From contig JBJHDM010000006.1 of NCBI GenBank assembly GCA_050486545.1, positions 27,365 through 91,364 on the forward strand: a stretch of DNA of 64,000 nt, in the 5' to 3' direction. The notes beneath the pieces are model-generated. The model was not told where the DNA came from and did not search any database. It worked only from the letters and a program-made list of their open reading frames with translations. Below, piece by piece: positions 17,661 through 27,246 of the stretch (within the stretch, counting starts at the first letter, position 1; the number at the start of each line of letters is the position of its first letter). The stretch is from Rhodocyclaceae bacterium (lineage in GTDB: Bacteria > Pseudomonadota > Gammaproteobacteria > Burkholderiales > Rhodocyclaceae). The position numbers were made by a program, and so were the translations under genes.

Positions 17661-19208
17661 TCAATGAACCGAACAAGCCATGCACGGATCGCTGGAGCGG
17701 ATGATCCGCGCCAGCTCCAGCGGCTGCCCGGGGTTCTCGATGCGGGTTCCGAGGAGCATCTGCTCGACCGCTCCGGGACGCCCGGCGGCATCACGCGGAG
17801 ACATGTTCCAGGTGGTCGGGACGATCATCTCGTAGTTGCGGATGTATCCCCGTCCATCGGTCTCGATCCAGTGGCCCAGGCCGCCCCGGGTCGCCTCGGT
17901 CAGACCGAACCCGGTCGCATTCTTCGGCACGTCCCGCTCGATGAAGGCGGTAGCCTCGGGCTGGACCTGCGCAAGCTGCTCCTCGAGCAGATCGGCAATG
18001 CGCAGTGCGCAATGCACTCGCGCAAGATGTCGCCCCATCACCGAATCGTAATCGGACAGCGCCAACCCGAATCGCCGGTTGACGGCATCGACACTGCGAT
18101 TGAACGAGGGATCGGAGCCGCCGAGATAGGTGTTGATCACGCGGGCGGACGGCCCGACTTCCATGACCTCGCCCCCATAGCGCGGCGCCCGCGTCCAGCT
18201 GTACTTGCCGTCCTCGCGCGCCACCTCGCGCTGGTACTCGGCGAAATCGAGCGGCTGCAGCCGGGTGAGCTGCATCGGGCGCACGGCGCTCGATGGCTCC
18301 CCCTTGTACCACGCATAGGTGTGATCCTCTGTGATGCGGGACACATCGAGCGCCTCGTAGCGCCCCGAGAAACTCGCTCCGCCGGCAAACGCGTACTGCT
18401 CGCCGTCGGCATCGGGAAAGTACGGGTAGGACAGGAAGTTCCCGGGCCCCTTCCCCTCATGGAAGTACGACGGAAACGCGCCCGCCACTCCGAGCACGTC
18501 GTTCCGGTACTGTCCGCGGATGAAGGCCGTCGCCCGCTCGAGCCAGGTCCGGTAGCGGCCGAGCCGTTCAACCGTAGGCAGCGTCGTGACCCCACCGGCT
18601 TCGATCGCCACCGGATGCGGAGCCTTCGCACCGAAGACGGCGACCATCTTGTGCAGGTCGGCCATGATCGTCAGCGCATCCAGATAGCCCTTGATCGCCG
18701 ACAGGTTCAGCTCGGGGTCTTCCGCGTAGGCACCCTGGTATCGCGGCAGGAACGGCGCTGCGGGAAAGATCTTTCCGCTCGCCAGTTCACTGCGCACCCA
18801 GTCGCGAAGCGCGCCGAGGCCGGAATCCCGACCCTGATAGTCGAGCACCGCCGTGATGTCGATGAAGTCGAGGGCGGACAGCACGTAGAAATGCAGCAGA
18901 TGATCATGCAGCTGGTAGGCGCCCACGATCAGGTTGCGCAGGAGCTGCCCGTTGCGGTTCGGCCGGATCCCCATGGCCTGCTCCAGCGCGATGGCTGCCG
19001 CCTCGGCATGCGCGTACGGGCAGACCCCGCAGACCCGCTGCGTGACTTGCTGCGCCACACGGGCGTCGTAGCCGATCAACGCCTTTTCGATCCCTCGGTA
19101 CATGTCGCCCGAGCAGCGTGCATCGGCAACGATCCCCTGTTCGAGGCGTGTTTCGACCCGCAGATGACCCTCTATCCGGGTGACGGGGTCGATGACGACT
19201 TTCTTCAT
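17661..19208 (-). CDS. [NiFe]-hydrogenase large subunit without a C-terminal extension
   Basis: 515 aa. MKKVVIDPVTRIEGH and QRVCGVCPYAH motifs. The C-terminus is exactly DPCMACSVH-stop. Confidence 0.9.
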   Translation of the reverse strand: MKKVVIDPVTRIEGHLRVETRLEQGIVADARCSGDMYRGIEKALIGYDARVAQQVTQRVCGVCPYAHAEAAAIALEQAMGIRPNRNGQLLRNLIVGAYQLHDHLLHFYVLSALDFIDITAVLDYQGRDSGLGALRDWVRSELASGKIFPAAPFLPRYQGAYAEDPELNLSAIKGYLDALTIMADLHKMVAVFGAKAPHPVAIEAGGVTTLPTVERLGRYRTWLERATAFIRGQYRNDVLGVAGAFPSYFHEGKGPGNFLSYPYFPDADGEQYAFAGGASFSGRYEALDVSRITEDHTYAWYKGEPSSAVRPMQLTRLQPLDFAEYQREVAREDGKYSWTRAPRYGGEVMEVGPSARVINTYLGGSDPSFNRSVDAVNRRFGLALSDYDSVMGRHLARVHCALRIADLLEEQLAQVQPEATAFIERDVPKNATGFGLTEATRGGLGHWIETDGRGYIRNYEMIVPTTWNMSPRDAAGRPGAVEQMLLGTRIENPGQPLELARIIRSSDPCMACSVH

Positions 19209-19407
19209 GGCACGGAGCCTGTTCGTTCGCGTTATTCGGAAGTTCCGACCGCCGCAGCGTCCGCGGCGCAGCCCAAGGGCCTTCTCGGGCCGGACACCAG
19301 CCGGGACGACTTGACGGGGTGGCCGGCCGTTATCGCAGTTCATCGACCCGACCCACAAGGGCTTGAATCACACCCGGGCGTCGTCGGGAGCCCCGCGCAT
19401 GCAATGT

Positions 19408-19422
19408 CGGGAAAATTTCCCG
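19408..19422. promoter_or_regulatory. palindrome CGGGAAA-A-TTTCCCG in the 600-nt hydrogenase/kinase divergent intergenic region
   Basis: Perfect 7-1-7 inverted repeat in a locally AT-richer patch, 200 nt upstream of the hydrogenase ATG. Confidence 0.25.
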
Positions 19423-19809
19423 CATTGATCACAAGTGTGGAAATCTTCTCGTGTGCTCCTTATCCTGGACGCGTAAGGTTGAAGGAATTGAAACCGGCGG
19501 ATCGGCCATTGGTGGGATGCGTATCGAAGTCGGGGACACAGGTTTCCTTCCGTCGCCTCCGCCGCATGCCGGTTTTTCCACAGGGTCACCGAATCGTCCG
19601 TGACGCTGTCCAGCGTTCCCCACGCCCACTCCTCGCGTGCACTTGAAGCTCCCCCGACAGGTTCCCGTCGGCTCGACGGCACGCCGCCGATCGCCCCGGG
19701 ACGCCGGAGGACGGTTGCCTGGTCGTTGAGGCAATGCACCGCCTTGATCGCCCGGCATGGCGGCACACGCCCCCGCGGGCACTCTTGAGAAACGGGAAAC
19801 GACTCCTCG

Positions 19810-20697
19810 ATGACATCGATGCATGACAGACCACAGACAGCCCGTATCGGCTTCGAGCTCATCGAGGGAACGTCCGACAGGCGCCATCTGGAGCGCATCC
19901 TCGCGGAAAACCGCTGGCTCGCCCAGGAGGCGATCTCGGCACGCGAGGACGAACGCAAGCATCTCGCCCGCGAGCTTCATGACGAACTGGGACAACTCCT
20001 GACTGCAATCCGTCTCGATGCTGAATTGCTGGAACGCGTGCTACCCGAATCCGGCCCGGAGCGTTCTGCGATCGCCGACATTCTCGAACAGGCACACCGT
20101 GCCCACGAGCGGATCCGCTCGATGACCCGCCGCCTGCATCCCCTCGAACTCGACTACCTGGGTCTGTTGAGCACCCTGCAACAGGAGTTGCGACAGTGGG
20201 AAGAGCGCCACCCAGGGACCCGTTGCGAGTTTCACGTCAGCGGTGATTTCGTGCATCTGGACGAGTCGCTGGTGATCGATCTGTACCGCATCGTCCAGGA
20301 ATCGCTCACCAATATTTCACGGTATGCCCAGGCGACCGAGGTCCGCATCTGCATGACGCGACTCAAGGCGGAGGATGCGGCGCTCGAACCCTTTCCGGAG
20401 CGTCGCCAGTTTCCTCGGGGGGAAGGCGTTCCCGGTCCAGGCTGCGGCCGCCATCCGGCGGCTTCGCATCCTGCAAGGACACCGCCGGCTCACCTCGTGT
20501 GTCTTTCCATCCGGGACGACGGCCGTGGCTTCGACCCGGCCACCGTGCGCATGGGATTGGGCCTGCTCGGAATGCGTGAGCGGGTCACGGCGCAGGGCGG
20601 ACACTTCGAACTGAACTCTGCGCCCGGCAACGGACTGGCCATCCTTCTCTGGATGCCGATCCGGCTTTCCTCACACAACGCCGACGCACCGGAATGA
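19810..20697 (+). CDS. sensor-less HisKA_3 (NarX/DegS-type) histidine kinase
   Basis: 295 aa. H-box ARELHDELGQ, N-box QESLTNISRYA, DDGRGF and GLGLLGMRERV motifs. An in-frame TGA at 19786-19788 excludes a longer N-terminus. Confidence 0.85.
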   Translation: MTSMHDRPQTARIGFELIEGTSDRRHLERILAENRWLAQEAISAREDERKHLARELHDELGQLLTAIRLDAELLERVLPESGPERSAIADILEQAHRAHERIRSMTRRLHPLELDYLGLLSTLQQELRQWEERHPGTRCEFHVSGDFVHLDESLVIDLYRIVQESLTNISRYAQATEVRICMTRLKAEDAALEPFPERRQFPRGEGVPGPGCGRHPAASHPARTPPAHLVCLSIRDDGRGFDPATVRMGLGLLGMRERVTAQGGHFELNSAPGNGLAILLWMPIRLSSHNADAPE

Positions 20698-21338
20698 GTA
20701 CGGGTCAGACCGGGATCCTGCTGGTCGAGGATCACGCCGTCGTGCGCGCAGGTTTCCGGCGCCTCATCGAAGCCCGCCCGGATCTGTCGGTGGTGGCCGA
20801 AGCCAGCACCGGCGAGGCTGCGGGACAACTCTATGCCACCCATCGTCCGGCCGTCACGGTCATGGATCTTTCCCTGCCCGGGATGAGCGGACTGGAAGCG
20901 ATGCGACGCATCCTGGCCCGGGACACGAGGGCGCGCATCCTCATCTTCTCGATGCATCGCAGCCCGGTGCTGGTGCAGCGCGCGCTGGAGGCCGGAGCTC
21001 GTGGCTACGTCTCGAAGGATTGTCCTTCGGGGATCCTGGTCGAGGCAATCGAACGGGTCGCCCGAGGCAAGCTCTACCTCGATCCATCGATTTCACAGGA
21101 TGTCGCGCTCGAACAACTGAGCGGCAGGCAGAGCCCGCTCGCCACGCTGACCCCCAGAGAATTCGAGATCTTCCGTTTCGTCGCCGAAGGCAAGAGCTGC
21201 GCCCAGATCGCGGAACAACTGCACCTGAGCGAAAAGACCATCGCCAACAACATCACCCGCATCAAGGGACGGCTCGGCCTCGCCACGACCACCGAGATGG
21301 TGCTCCTGGCAGTGCGATCCGGACTGATCCATCCGTAG
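20694..21338 (+). CDS. NarL/LuxR-family response regulator
   Basis: 214 aa. Receiver domain (ILLVEDH...MDLSLPGMSG) plus a LuxR HTH (LTPREFEIFRFVAEGKSCAQIAEQLHLSEKTIANN). 4-nt overlap with the kinase gene. Confidence 0.9.
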   Translation: MSTGQTGILLVEDHAVVRAGFRRLIEARPDLSVVAEASTGEAAGQLYATHRPAVTVMDLSLPGMSGLEAMRRILARDTRARILIFSMHRSPVLVQRALEAGARGYVSKDCPSGILVEAIERVARGKLYLDPSISQDVALEQLSGRQSPLATLTPREFEIFRFVAEGKSCAQIAEQLHLSEKTIANNITRIKGRLGLATTTEMVLLAVRSGLIHP

Positions 21339-21384
21339 CCTCGCGACAGACCCGGCGCTCAGGCCGCGAACCCGCAACACTCAT

Positions 21385-22575
21385 TCATTCGAGATACGCG
21401 TAGAGCGCATCGAGGGGTTCCTGCCGATTGTGACGCAAGGGGGCACGGTTTAGCTCGCATACGCGGAATCCGCATGTTGCTGCCAGGCGACGTACATAGG
21501 CCTCCGAATGTGCGTAGCGCAAACTGGATTGCAGGCGGAAGTCGTCCGTATCGGGTGCCAGTTCCACGGTAAAGGCGAAGCAACCGCCCGGTTGGAGAAT
21601 GCGGCGCACGGCAGGGAAAACGGTGTCGAGCGCACCGACGTAGATAAAGACGTCGGCGGCAACGACGAGATCGGCACGACGTTCTGCGCCGGACAAAAAG
21701 GTCGCAAGATCCTCGTGCGTAAGCTCCCGGTAGATGCCACGTGCCCGCGCCTGTTCGAGCATCCCGGAGGAAAGATCGACACCGTCGATCGCATCGGCCA
21801 GCGGGGCCAGCAACGCACCGCACAATCCCGTCCCGCATCCCAGATCCAGGACCGTACGAAAGCGCCGACCGGACTCGAGCAACGGCTTCAGCAACCACTC
21901 GTGTCCCCGATATCGGAGTTGCTCGACGAGGTGCGACTCGAAATCCGTAGCGTACTGGTCGAACAGCCTCTCGACATAGGTGCGGGGCGGCGCCGCCGGA
22001 CCCTCGCCACCTCGCACGGCGGCGAGATAGTACGCATGGAGCTCGGGATCGCCCCCCGCCGCGACCGCCCGCTCGTAGCTCTCGGCGGCCTCCTCGAGCC
22101 GCCCGAGATCACGCAGGACACCGGCGCGGGCGCTCCAGGCTGCGGCCGAATCCGGATCGAGCTCGATCGCGCGATCGAATGCATGCAGTGCCGGCTGCGG
22201 CCGCCCGGCACGTTCATGGCATTCGCCGCAGATCTGCCACACGTCGGCCTGTTCCGGCTCGAGCGCAAGGCCCCGCTCCAGTACGTCTGCCGCCTCACTC
22301 CACCGGGCGAGCGCTTCGTGACACAAACCCAGCGAGATCCACGCCTGCGCATAATGCGGATCGACTTCCGTCGTCCGCCGCAACACCGGCACGGCCTCCT
22401 GCCAGCGCTGCAGCCGAAACAGCGTTGCCCCGAGGTTGCCCAGTACCGACGCCCGATCGGGCGCCAGTTCCAACGACCGCTCGAAACAGCTTCGCGCCCG
22501 CTCCAGCACTCCGGACTCGAAATGTTCGATGCCTTCGAGAAAATACTGCCTTGCCTGTTCCAAATCGGAGTTCAT
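21385..22575 (-). CDS. TPR-repeat / class I SAM-dependent methyltransferase fusion protein
   Basis: ~396 aa. N-terminal TPR repeats. C-terminal LDLGCGTGL SAM motif. Confidence 0.75.
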   Translation of the reverse strand: MNSDLEQARQYFLEGIEHFESGVLERARSCFERSLELAPDRASVLGNLGATLFRLQRWQEAVPVLRRTTEVDPHYAQAWISLGLCHEALARWSEAADVLERGLALEPEQADVWQICGECHERAGRPQPALHAFDRAIELDPDSAAAWSARAGVLRDLGRLEEAAESYERAVAAGGDPELHAYYLAAVRGGEGPAAPPRTYVERLFDQYATDFESHLVEQLRYRGHEWLLKPLLESGRRFRTVLDLGCGTGLCGALLAPLADAIDGVDLSSGMLEQARARGIYRELTHEDLATFLSGAERRADLVVAADVFIYVGALDTVFPAVRRILQPGGCFAFTVELAPDTDDFRLQSSLRYAHSEAYVRRLAATCGFRVCELNRAPLRHNRQEPLDALYAYLE

Positions 22576-22790
22576 TCGTCCTCGCACCCTTGCATCCGTC
22601 CAGACTGAAAGGATGCGCGAGTTTGCCGCGCACCGCTACACCCACACCCCGCGTGGCGATCTTGCATCACCCGCCTGGCGGGCTATAAAGAATCACTCCC
22701 CGCTCAGTGGCCGTACCGGTCTGGACCGCATGTGCCGATACGCGATCAGCCATGCGTTCCCGGTGACCGACTCCCATTGGAGGATGCGCC

Positions 22791-23243
22791 ATGAACGTAT
22801 CGCATCGATCCACACTCCGCTCGCTCCTGGCAGGAATGGTCATGGCCGGGATGTGCGTGAGCGGAGCGGCCATCAAACTGAATGGCCTAAAGGATTTCGA
22901 ACCGCTTTTCGGACGCTATGCACCCGGGGGCGACTGCAGTCGCGAGCCGCAGATCGTGGTCAACGCCATCGGGATCAGCTTCGAGCACGGCGGGCAGCGC
23001 GAGCAGGTCACCAACCTGGAGTTCGCGGCAAGTTTCGGGGGCAACTACTACGAAGGCATCACCCAGTGGTTCATGCCCTTTCGCAGCACACACGGCTTCC
23101 CGGTGGTACTCGCGTTCAACGACGGAGAGCGGCCCGGCGTTCTCTCCGTGGCTGCGCACGACGAGGGCTGGCCGGGCGGCCCGCCGCTGTCGCCGCGCAA
23201 CCGGGCGCTCGTGGAGGGGTCGCCCTACGTGCGCTGCCGGTAG
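22791..23243 (+). CDS. secreted hypothetical protein
   Basis: 150 aa. TGGAGGA RBS and a signal-peptide-like N-terminus (RSLLAGMVMAGMCVSGAA). Confidence 0.6.
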   Translation: MNVSHRSTLRSLLAGMVMAGMCVSGAAIKLNGLKDFEPLFGRYAPGGDCSREPQIVVNAIGISFEHGGQREQVTNLEFAASFGGNYYEGITQWFMPFRSTHGFPVVLAFNDGERPGVLSVAAHDEGWPGGPPLSPRNRALVEGSPYVRCR

Positions 23244-23289
23244 CCGATGCGGCGTCCCCTCGCCCTTGGTTCGCTGAACGGACATCCGC

Positions 23290-23847
23290 TCAACGATCAA
23301 GCAATCGCGGCAAGGCGTGGAAGAGTGCGGCAATGGTCTTGCTGTCGGTGATGCGCCCGTCCAGCACGGCGCGCTCGGCCTCGGCAGCGTCGAGGGCGAG
23401 GATCTCGAGGAACTCCTCTTCGTCGAGCGTCGCACCGACCTGCTCCAGATCCCGGGCGAGAAAGATCTCGATCCGTTCGTCCGAGTAGCCGATGCACGGA
23501 TGCATCAGGCCGAGAGTTGCCCACTCGGCGGCGATGTAACCGGTCTCCTCACGCAGTTCACGGCGCGCACATTCGAAAATATCCTCGCCGGGATCGATCT
23601 TTCCGGCGGGCAGTTCGAGGAAGGCCTGCCGCAGCGGATAGCGGTACTGGCGCTCGAAGACGAGCTTGTCGTCGGGCAGTACGGCGACGATCACCACCGC
23701 GCCCGGATGATGGATGTACTCGCGCACCGCCTCGCTGCCGTCCGGCAGACGCACGCGGTCGCGGCGCACATCGAGCAGGCGGCCCCGAAAAACCTGCTCC
23801 GAGTCGAGTTCGATCTCCTCGAGCGGATCACGCTCCGGCTCGCTCAT
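23290..23847 (-). CDS. NUDIX hydrolase (ADP-ribose pyrophosphatase-like)
   Basis: 185 aa. Nudix box GKIDPGEDIFECARRELREETG. Confidence 0.85.
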   Translation of the reverse strand: MSEPERDPLEEIELDSEQVFRGRLLDVRRDRVRLPDGSEAVREYIHHPGAVVIVAVLPDDKLVFERQYRYPLRQAFLELPAGKIDPGEDIFECARRELREETGYIAAEWATLGLMHPCIGYSDERIEIFLARDLEQVGATLDEEEFLEILALDAAEAERAVLDGRITDSKTIAALFHALPRLLDR

Positions 23848-23856
23848 GCGACCTCC

Positions 23857-24186
23857 TCAGCCGGCCGCCCTGCTCCCGGTACTGCGGCTACGCCAGAGGT
23901 GGCGAACCACGAACCCGGGAAAGGCGAACACGACGAACAGACACAGGGTCAGGGCATGGAACTGCCAGCCCTGCGGATAGGCGCTGCCGTGGGCCTGCAC
24001 TTCGAGCACGCGGGCCAGCAGGCCGACGAAACCGTACAGCACCAGGAGTTCGAGCAGGCGCCAGCCAATCCCTTTCGTACCCTCTCGTGGAGGGATCACG
24101 AACAGGATGCGGTCGAATACGAACGGCAGGTTGGCGGCCACCAGCGCGATCGCCAGCAGCAGGTAGATCCCGGCTTCGGTGCCCAT
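23857..24186 (-). CDS. small membrane protein, DUF2818-like, downstream of nuoN
   Basis: 109 aa with three hydrophobic segments. Its position directly after nuoN is as I recall for other Betaproteobacteria. Confidence 0.6.
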   Translation of the reverse strand: MGTEAGIYLLLAIALVAANLPFVFDRILFVIPPREGTKGIGWRLLELLVLYGFVGLLARVLEVQAHGSAYPQGWQFHALTLCLFVVFAFPGFVVRHLWRSRSTGSRAAG

Positions 24187-24187
24187 C

Positions 24188-25657
24188 CTACAACGAGGCG
24201 ATCAGCGCGTACGCGCACAAGGACATCAGTGCCTGGGGCATCAGGCCGAGCACCGCGACCGCCAGCCCATTGGCGGACAGCATGATGCGCAGGTCGGCAG
24301 GCGCATGAATCGGTGCGGTGTCCTCGGGTTCGTCGAAGTACATGACCTTGACCACGCGCAGATAGTAGTACGCGCCGATGACGGACATGACCACCGCCAG
24401 GACCGCGAGCCAGATGTATCCGGCCGCAACCACGGCCTGAAGGACCGAGAGCTTGGCGAAGAAACCGATGAAGAACGGCACGCCCGCCATCGAGAACATG
24501 ACGATCATCATCATCGCGGCGAACCAGGGACTACGCTTGTTCAGCCCCTTGAAGTCGTCGATGTTCTCGGCCTCGAAACCGGCGCGCGACAGCAGGATGA
24601 CCATGCCGAACGACGCCAGTCCCATGATCACGTAGGACACGGCGTAGAACATCGCCGAGCTGTAGGCGTTGAGCGCAAAGTTGCGGTCGCCGTCAACGAC
24701 GCCGGAGAGCAGCCCGAGCAGCACGAAACCCATGTGGGCGATGCCCGAATACGCGAGCATGCGCTTGATGTTGGTCTGGGCGATGGCCGCGATGTTGCCC
24801 AGCACGATCGAGAGCACCGCCAGGAACATCAGCATCGACTGCCAGTGCTCGGCCAGTTCGAACATTCCGAACACCAGCAGGCGCATCGTGATCGCGAACG
24901 CGGCGAGCTTGGGCGCGGTGGCGATCATCAGGGTGACCGCGGTCGGCGCGCCGTGGTACACGTCGGGCACCCACATGTGGAACGGCACGACCCCGAGCTT
25001 GAACGCGAGGCCGGACATCACGAAGACGAGGCCGAACAGCAAGACCGTCTTATTGGCCGACTGATGGTAGATCGCCTGGGCGATACCGGCGAATTCCATG
25101 CTTCCGGTGGCGCCATAGACCATCGACATGCCGTAGAGCAGCAGGCCCGAGGCCAGCGCACCGAGCACGAAGTACTTCATCGCCGCTTCGGTCGACCGTA
25201 CCGAGTCACGATCGAAGGCCACCATCGCGTACAGCGACAGCGACATCATCTCCAGCCCGATGTACAGCGACAGCATGTGGTTGGAGGTCACCATCACCAT
25301 CATGCCGAGGGTCATGAGCAGGGACAGCAGGAAGTATTCCGGGCGGTCCATGTTGCGATCCGCCAGATAGCCGCGCCCGTAGAGCAAACCCAACGCGACG
25401 GCGAAATAGATCAGCAGCTTGAGCAGATCGCCCATCAGGTCCGACACGAACAGGTTGCTGAAGGTCAGGACCACGTCGCCTTCCATCGTCGCAACCGTGA
25501 TCAGCGCGGCGACGATCAGGGTCGCCTGGGTCAGGAAGTAGGCCAGGCTGCGTCCGATGCGGCGCGCGAAGGTGGTCGTGAGCATGATCACGAGGGCCAT
25601 CACGGCGACGAAGATCTCGGCCGCTGCGGGGTAGAAGTCGGGGACGACAAAGTTCAT
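24188..25657 (-). CDS. nuoN: NADH-quinone oxidoreductase subunit N
   Basis: 489 aa polytopic antiporter-like subunit. Last gene of the nuo operon. Confidence 0.9.
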   Translation of the reverse strand: MNFVVPDFYPAAAEIFVAVMALVIMLTTTFARRIGRSLAYFLTQATLIVAALITVATMEGDVVLTFSNLFVSDLMGDLLKLLIYFAVALGLLYGRGYLADRNMDRPEYFLLSLLMTLGMMVMVTSNHMLSLYIGLEMMSLSLYAMVAFDRDSVRSTEAAMKYFVLGALASGLLLYGMSMVYGATGSMEFAGIAQAIYHQSANKTVLLFGLVFVMSGLAFKLGVVPFHMWVPDVYHGAPTAVTLMIATAPKLAAFAITMRLLVFGMFELAEHWQSMLMFLAVLSIVLGNIAAIAQTNIKRMLAYSGIAHMGFVLLGLLSGVVDGDRNFALNAYSSAMFYAVSYVIMGLASFGMVILLSRAGFEAENIDDFKGLNKRSPWFAAMMMIVMFSMAGVPFFIGFFAKLSVLQAVVAAGYIWLAVLAVVMSVIGAYYYLRVVKVMYFDEPEDTAPIHAPADLRIMLSANGLAVAVLGLMPQALMSLCAYALIASL

Positions 25658-25694
25658 CTTCTGACCAGTCCGAAAAGGGTTTGGAGCCGCGCGC

Positions 25695-27176
25695 TCACAG
25701 CTTGCTCACGGCAACGTGCCGCAGGAGTTCGTTGACCGAAGCGTGCATGACCTCGGTGAAGGGGAAGGGATACACACCCATCGCGAGCACGCACAGGGCG
25801 AGGACCGCGAGGAAGGCGAACTCGCGTCCGTTGATGTCCTGCAGTTGTGCGACGTGGTCGTTGGCCACCGCGCCGAACACCACCCGCTTGTACATCCACA
25901 GCGTGTAGGCGGCACCAAGGATCAGTGTCGTCGCCGCAAGGAAGGCCACCCAGAAGTTGAACTGCACCGCACCGAGGATGACCATGAACTCCCCGACGAA
26001 GCCGCTGGTGCCGGGCAGTCCGGCGTTGGCCATCGCGAACAGCATGAAGAAGGCTGCGAACTTCGGCATCGTGCGCACCACGCCGCCGTAGTCGGCGATG
26101 TTGCGCGAATGCATGCGGTCGTAGAGCACGCCGATGCACAGGAACATCGCGCCCGACACGAACCCGTGGGAGATCATCTGCACCAGCGCGCCTTCGATGC
26201 CGAGGCTGTTGAACATGAAGAACCCAAGGGTGACGAAGCCCATGTGCGCGATCGACGAGTACGCGACGAGCTTCTTCATGTCGGTCTGGACCAGTGCGAC
26301 GAAGCCGATGTAGACGACGGCGATCAGCGACAGCACGATCATCAGCGGCGCCATCGCCTGTGCCGCATCGGGCACGATCGGCAGCGAGAAGCGCAGGAAG
26401 CCGTAGGCGCCCAGCTTGAGCGCGATCGCGGCCAGCACCACCGAACCGCCTGTCGGCGCTTCGACGTGGGCATCGGGCAGCCAGGTGTGGACCGGCCACA
26501 TCGGCACCTTGACCGCGAAGGCGATGAGGAAGGCCCAGAAGATCAGCGTCTGCGCCGACATCGGCAGCGGTACCTGATGCCACTGGAGGATGCTGAAGCT
26601 GCCGCCCGCCTCCATGAACAGATACAGGAGCGCGACGAGCATCAGCAGGGAGCCCGCCAGCGTGTAGAGGAAGAACTTGATCGCCGCATACACGCGGTTC
26701 GCGCCACCCCAGATCCCGATGATGAGGTAGAGCGGAATCAGCGACGCCTCGAAGAACACGTAGAACAACACGCCGTCCAGCGCCGAGAAGATTCCGTTCA
26801 TGAGACCGGACATGATCAGGAAGGCGGCCATGTACTGCGCGACCTTGTCCTGGATCACCTGCCAGCCCGCCGCGACGACGATGACCGTGATGAAGGCGTT
26901 GAGGATGACGAACAGCATCGAGATGCCATCGACGCCGAGATGGTAGGCGATGTTGAAGCGCGGAACCCAGGGCGAGTACTCCTGGAACTGCATCGCGCTC
27001 GTGGTGGTATCGAAGAGAACGAAGAGCGGAATCGTGACGATGAAGCCGATGACCGCCACGGCAAGAGCCATCGAACGTGCCAGGGGCGCGTTGCGGTCCG
27101 ATCCCGTGGCGAGCACAAGCAGTCCGCCCAGGATCGGGATCCAGATCGCGAGGCTGAGGAGTGGCATACCCGTCAT
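25695..27176 (-). CDS. nuoM: NADH-quinone oxidoreductase subunit M
   Basis: 493 aa antiporter-like subunit. Operon position. Confidence 0.9.
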   Translation of the reverse strand: MTGMPLLSLAIWIPILGGLLVLATGSDRNAPLARSMALAVAVIGFIVTIPLFVLFDTTTSAMQFQEYSPWVPRFNIAYHLGVDGISMLFVILNAFITVIVVAAGWQVIQDKVAQYMAAFLIMSGLMNGIFSALDGVLFYVFFEASLIPLYLIIGIWGGANRVYAAIKFFLYTLAGSLLMLVALLYLFMEAGGSFSILQWHQVPLPMSAQTLIFWAFLIAFAVKVPMWPVHTWLPDAHVEAPTGGSVVLAAIALKLGAYGFLRFSLPIVPDAAQAMAPLMIVLSLIAVVYIGFVALVQTDMKKLVAYSSIAHMGFVTLGFFMFNSLGIEGALVQMISHGFVSGAMFLCIGVLYDRMHSRNIADYGGVVRTMPKFAAFFMLFAMANAGLPGTSGFVGEFMVILGAVQFNFWVAFLAATTLILGAAYTLWMYKRVVFGAVANDHVAQLQDINGREFAFLAVLALCVLAMGVYPFPFTEVMHASVNELLRHVAVSKL

Positions 27177-27246
27177 TGTTGCTTTCCGTTCAGTGCGCCC
27201 CTTCGGGACGCGCGTTTGTCATGGTTTCGTTGTCGGCCGGGTCCGG

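Noticed and set aside
16717-19208. Annotating the hydrogenase as an ordinary respiratory uptake enzyme (HupSL/HyaAB type).
   Set aside because: There is no cytochrome b or other quinone-linked partner gene. The small subunit has no C-terminal anchor. The large subunit has no cleavable tail and its gene comes first. The next gene, 22 nt downstream, is a chemoreceptor.
19209-19809. The long spacer as a decayed 5' part (lost sensor domain) of the sensor-less histidine kinase, or as a hidden gene.
   Set aside because: I translated all three plus-strand frames over 19561-19800 and read the two long minus-strand track ORFs covering the rest of the spacer. They give only Arg/Pro-rich strings with early stops and no PAS-, GAF- or TM-like remnants, and no ORF has a credible RBS.
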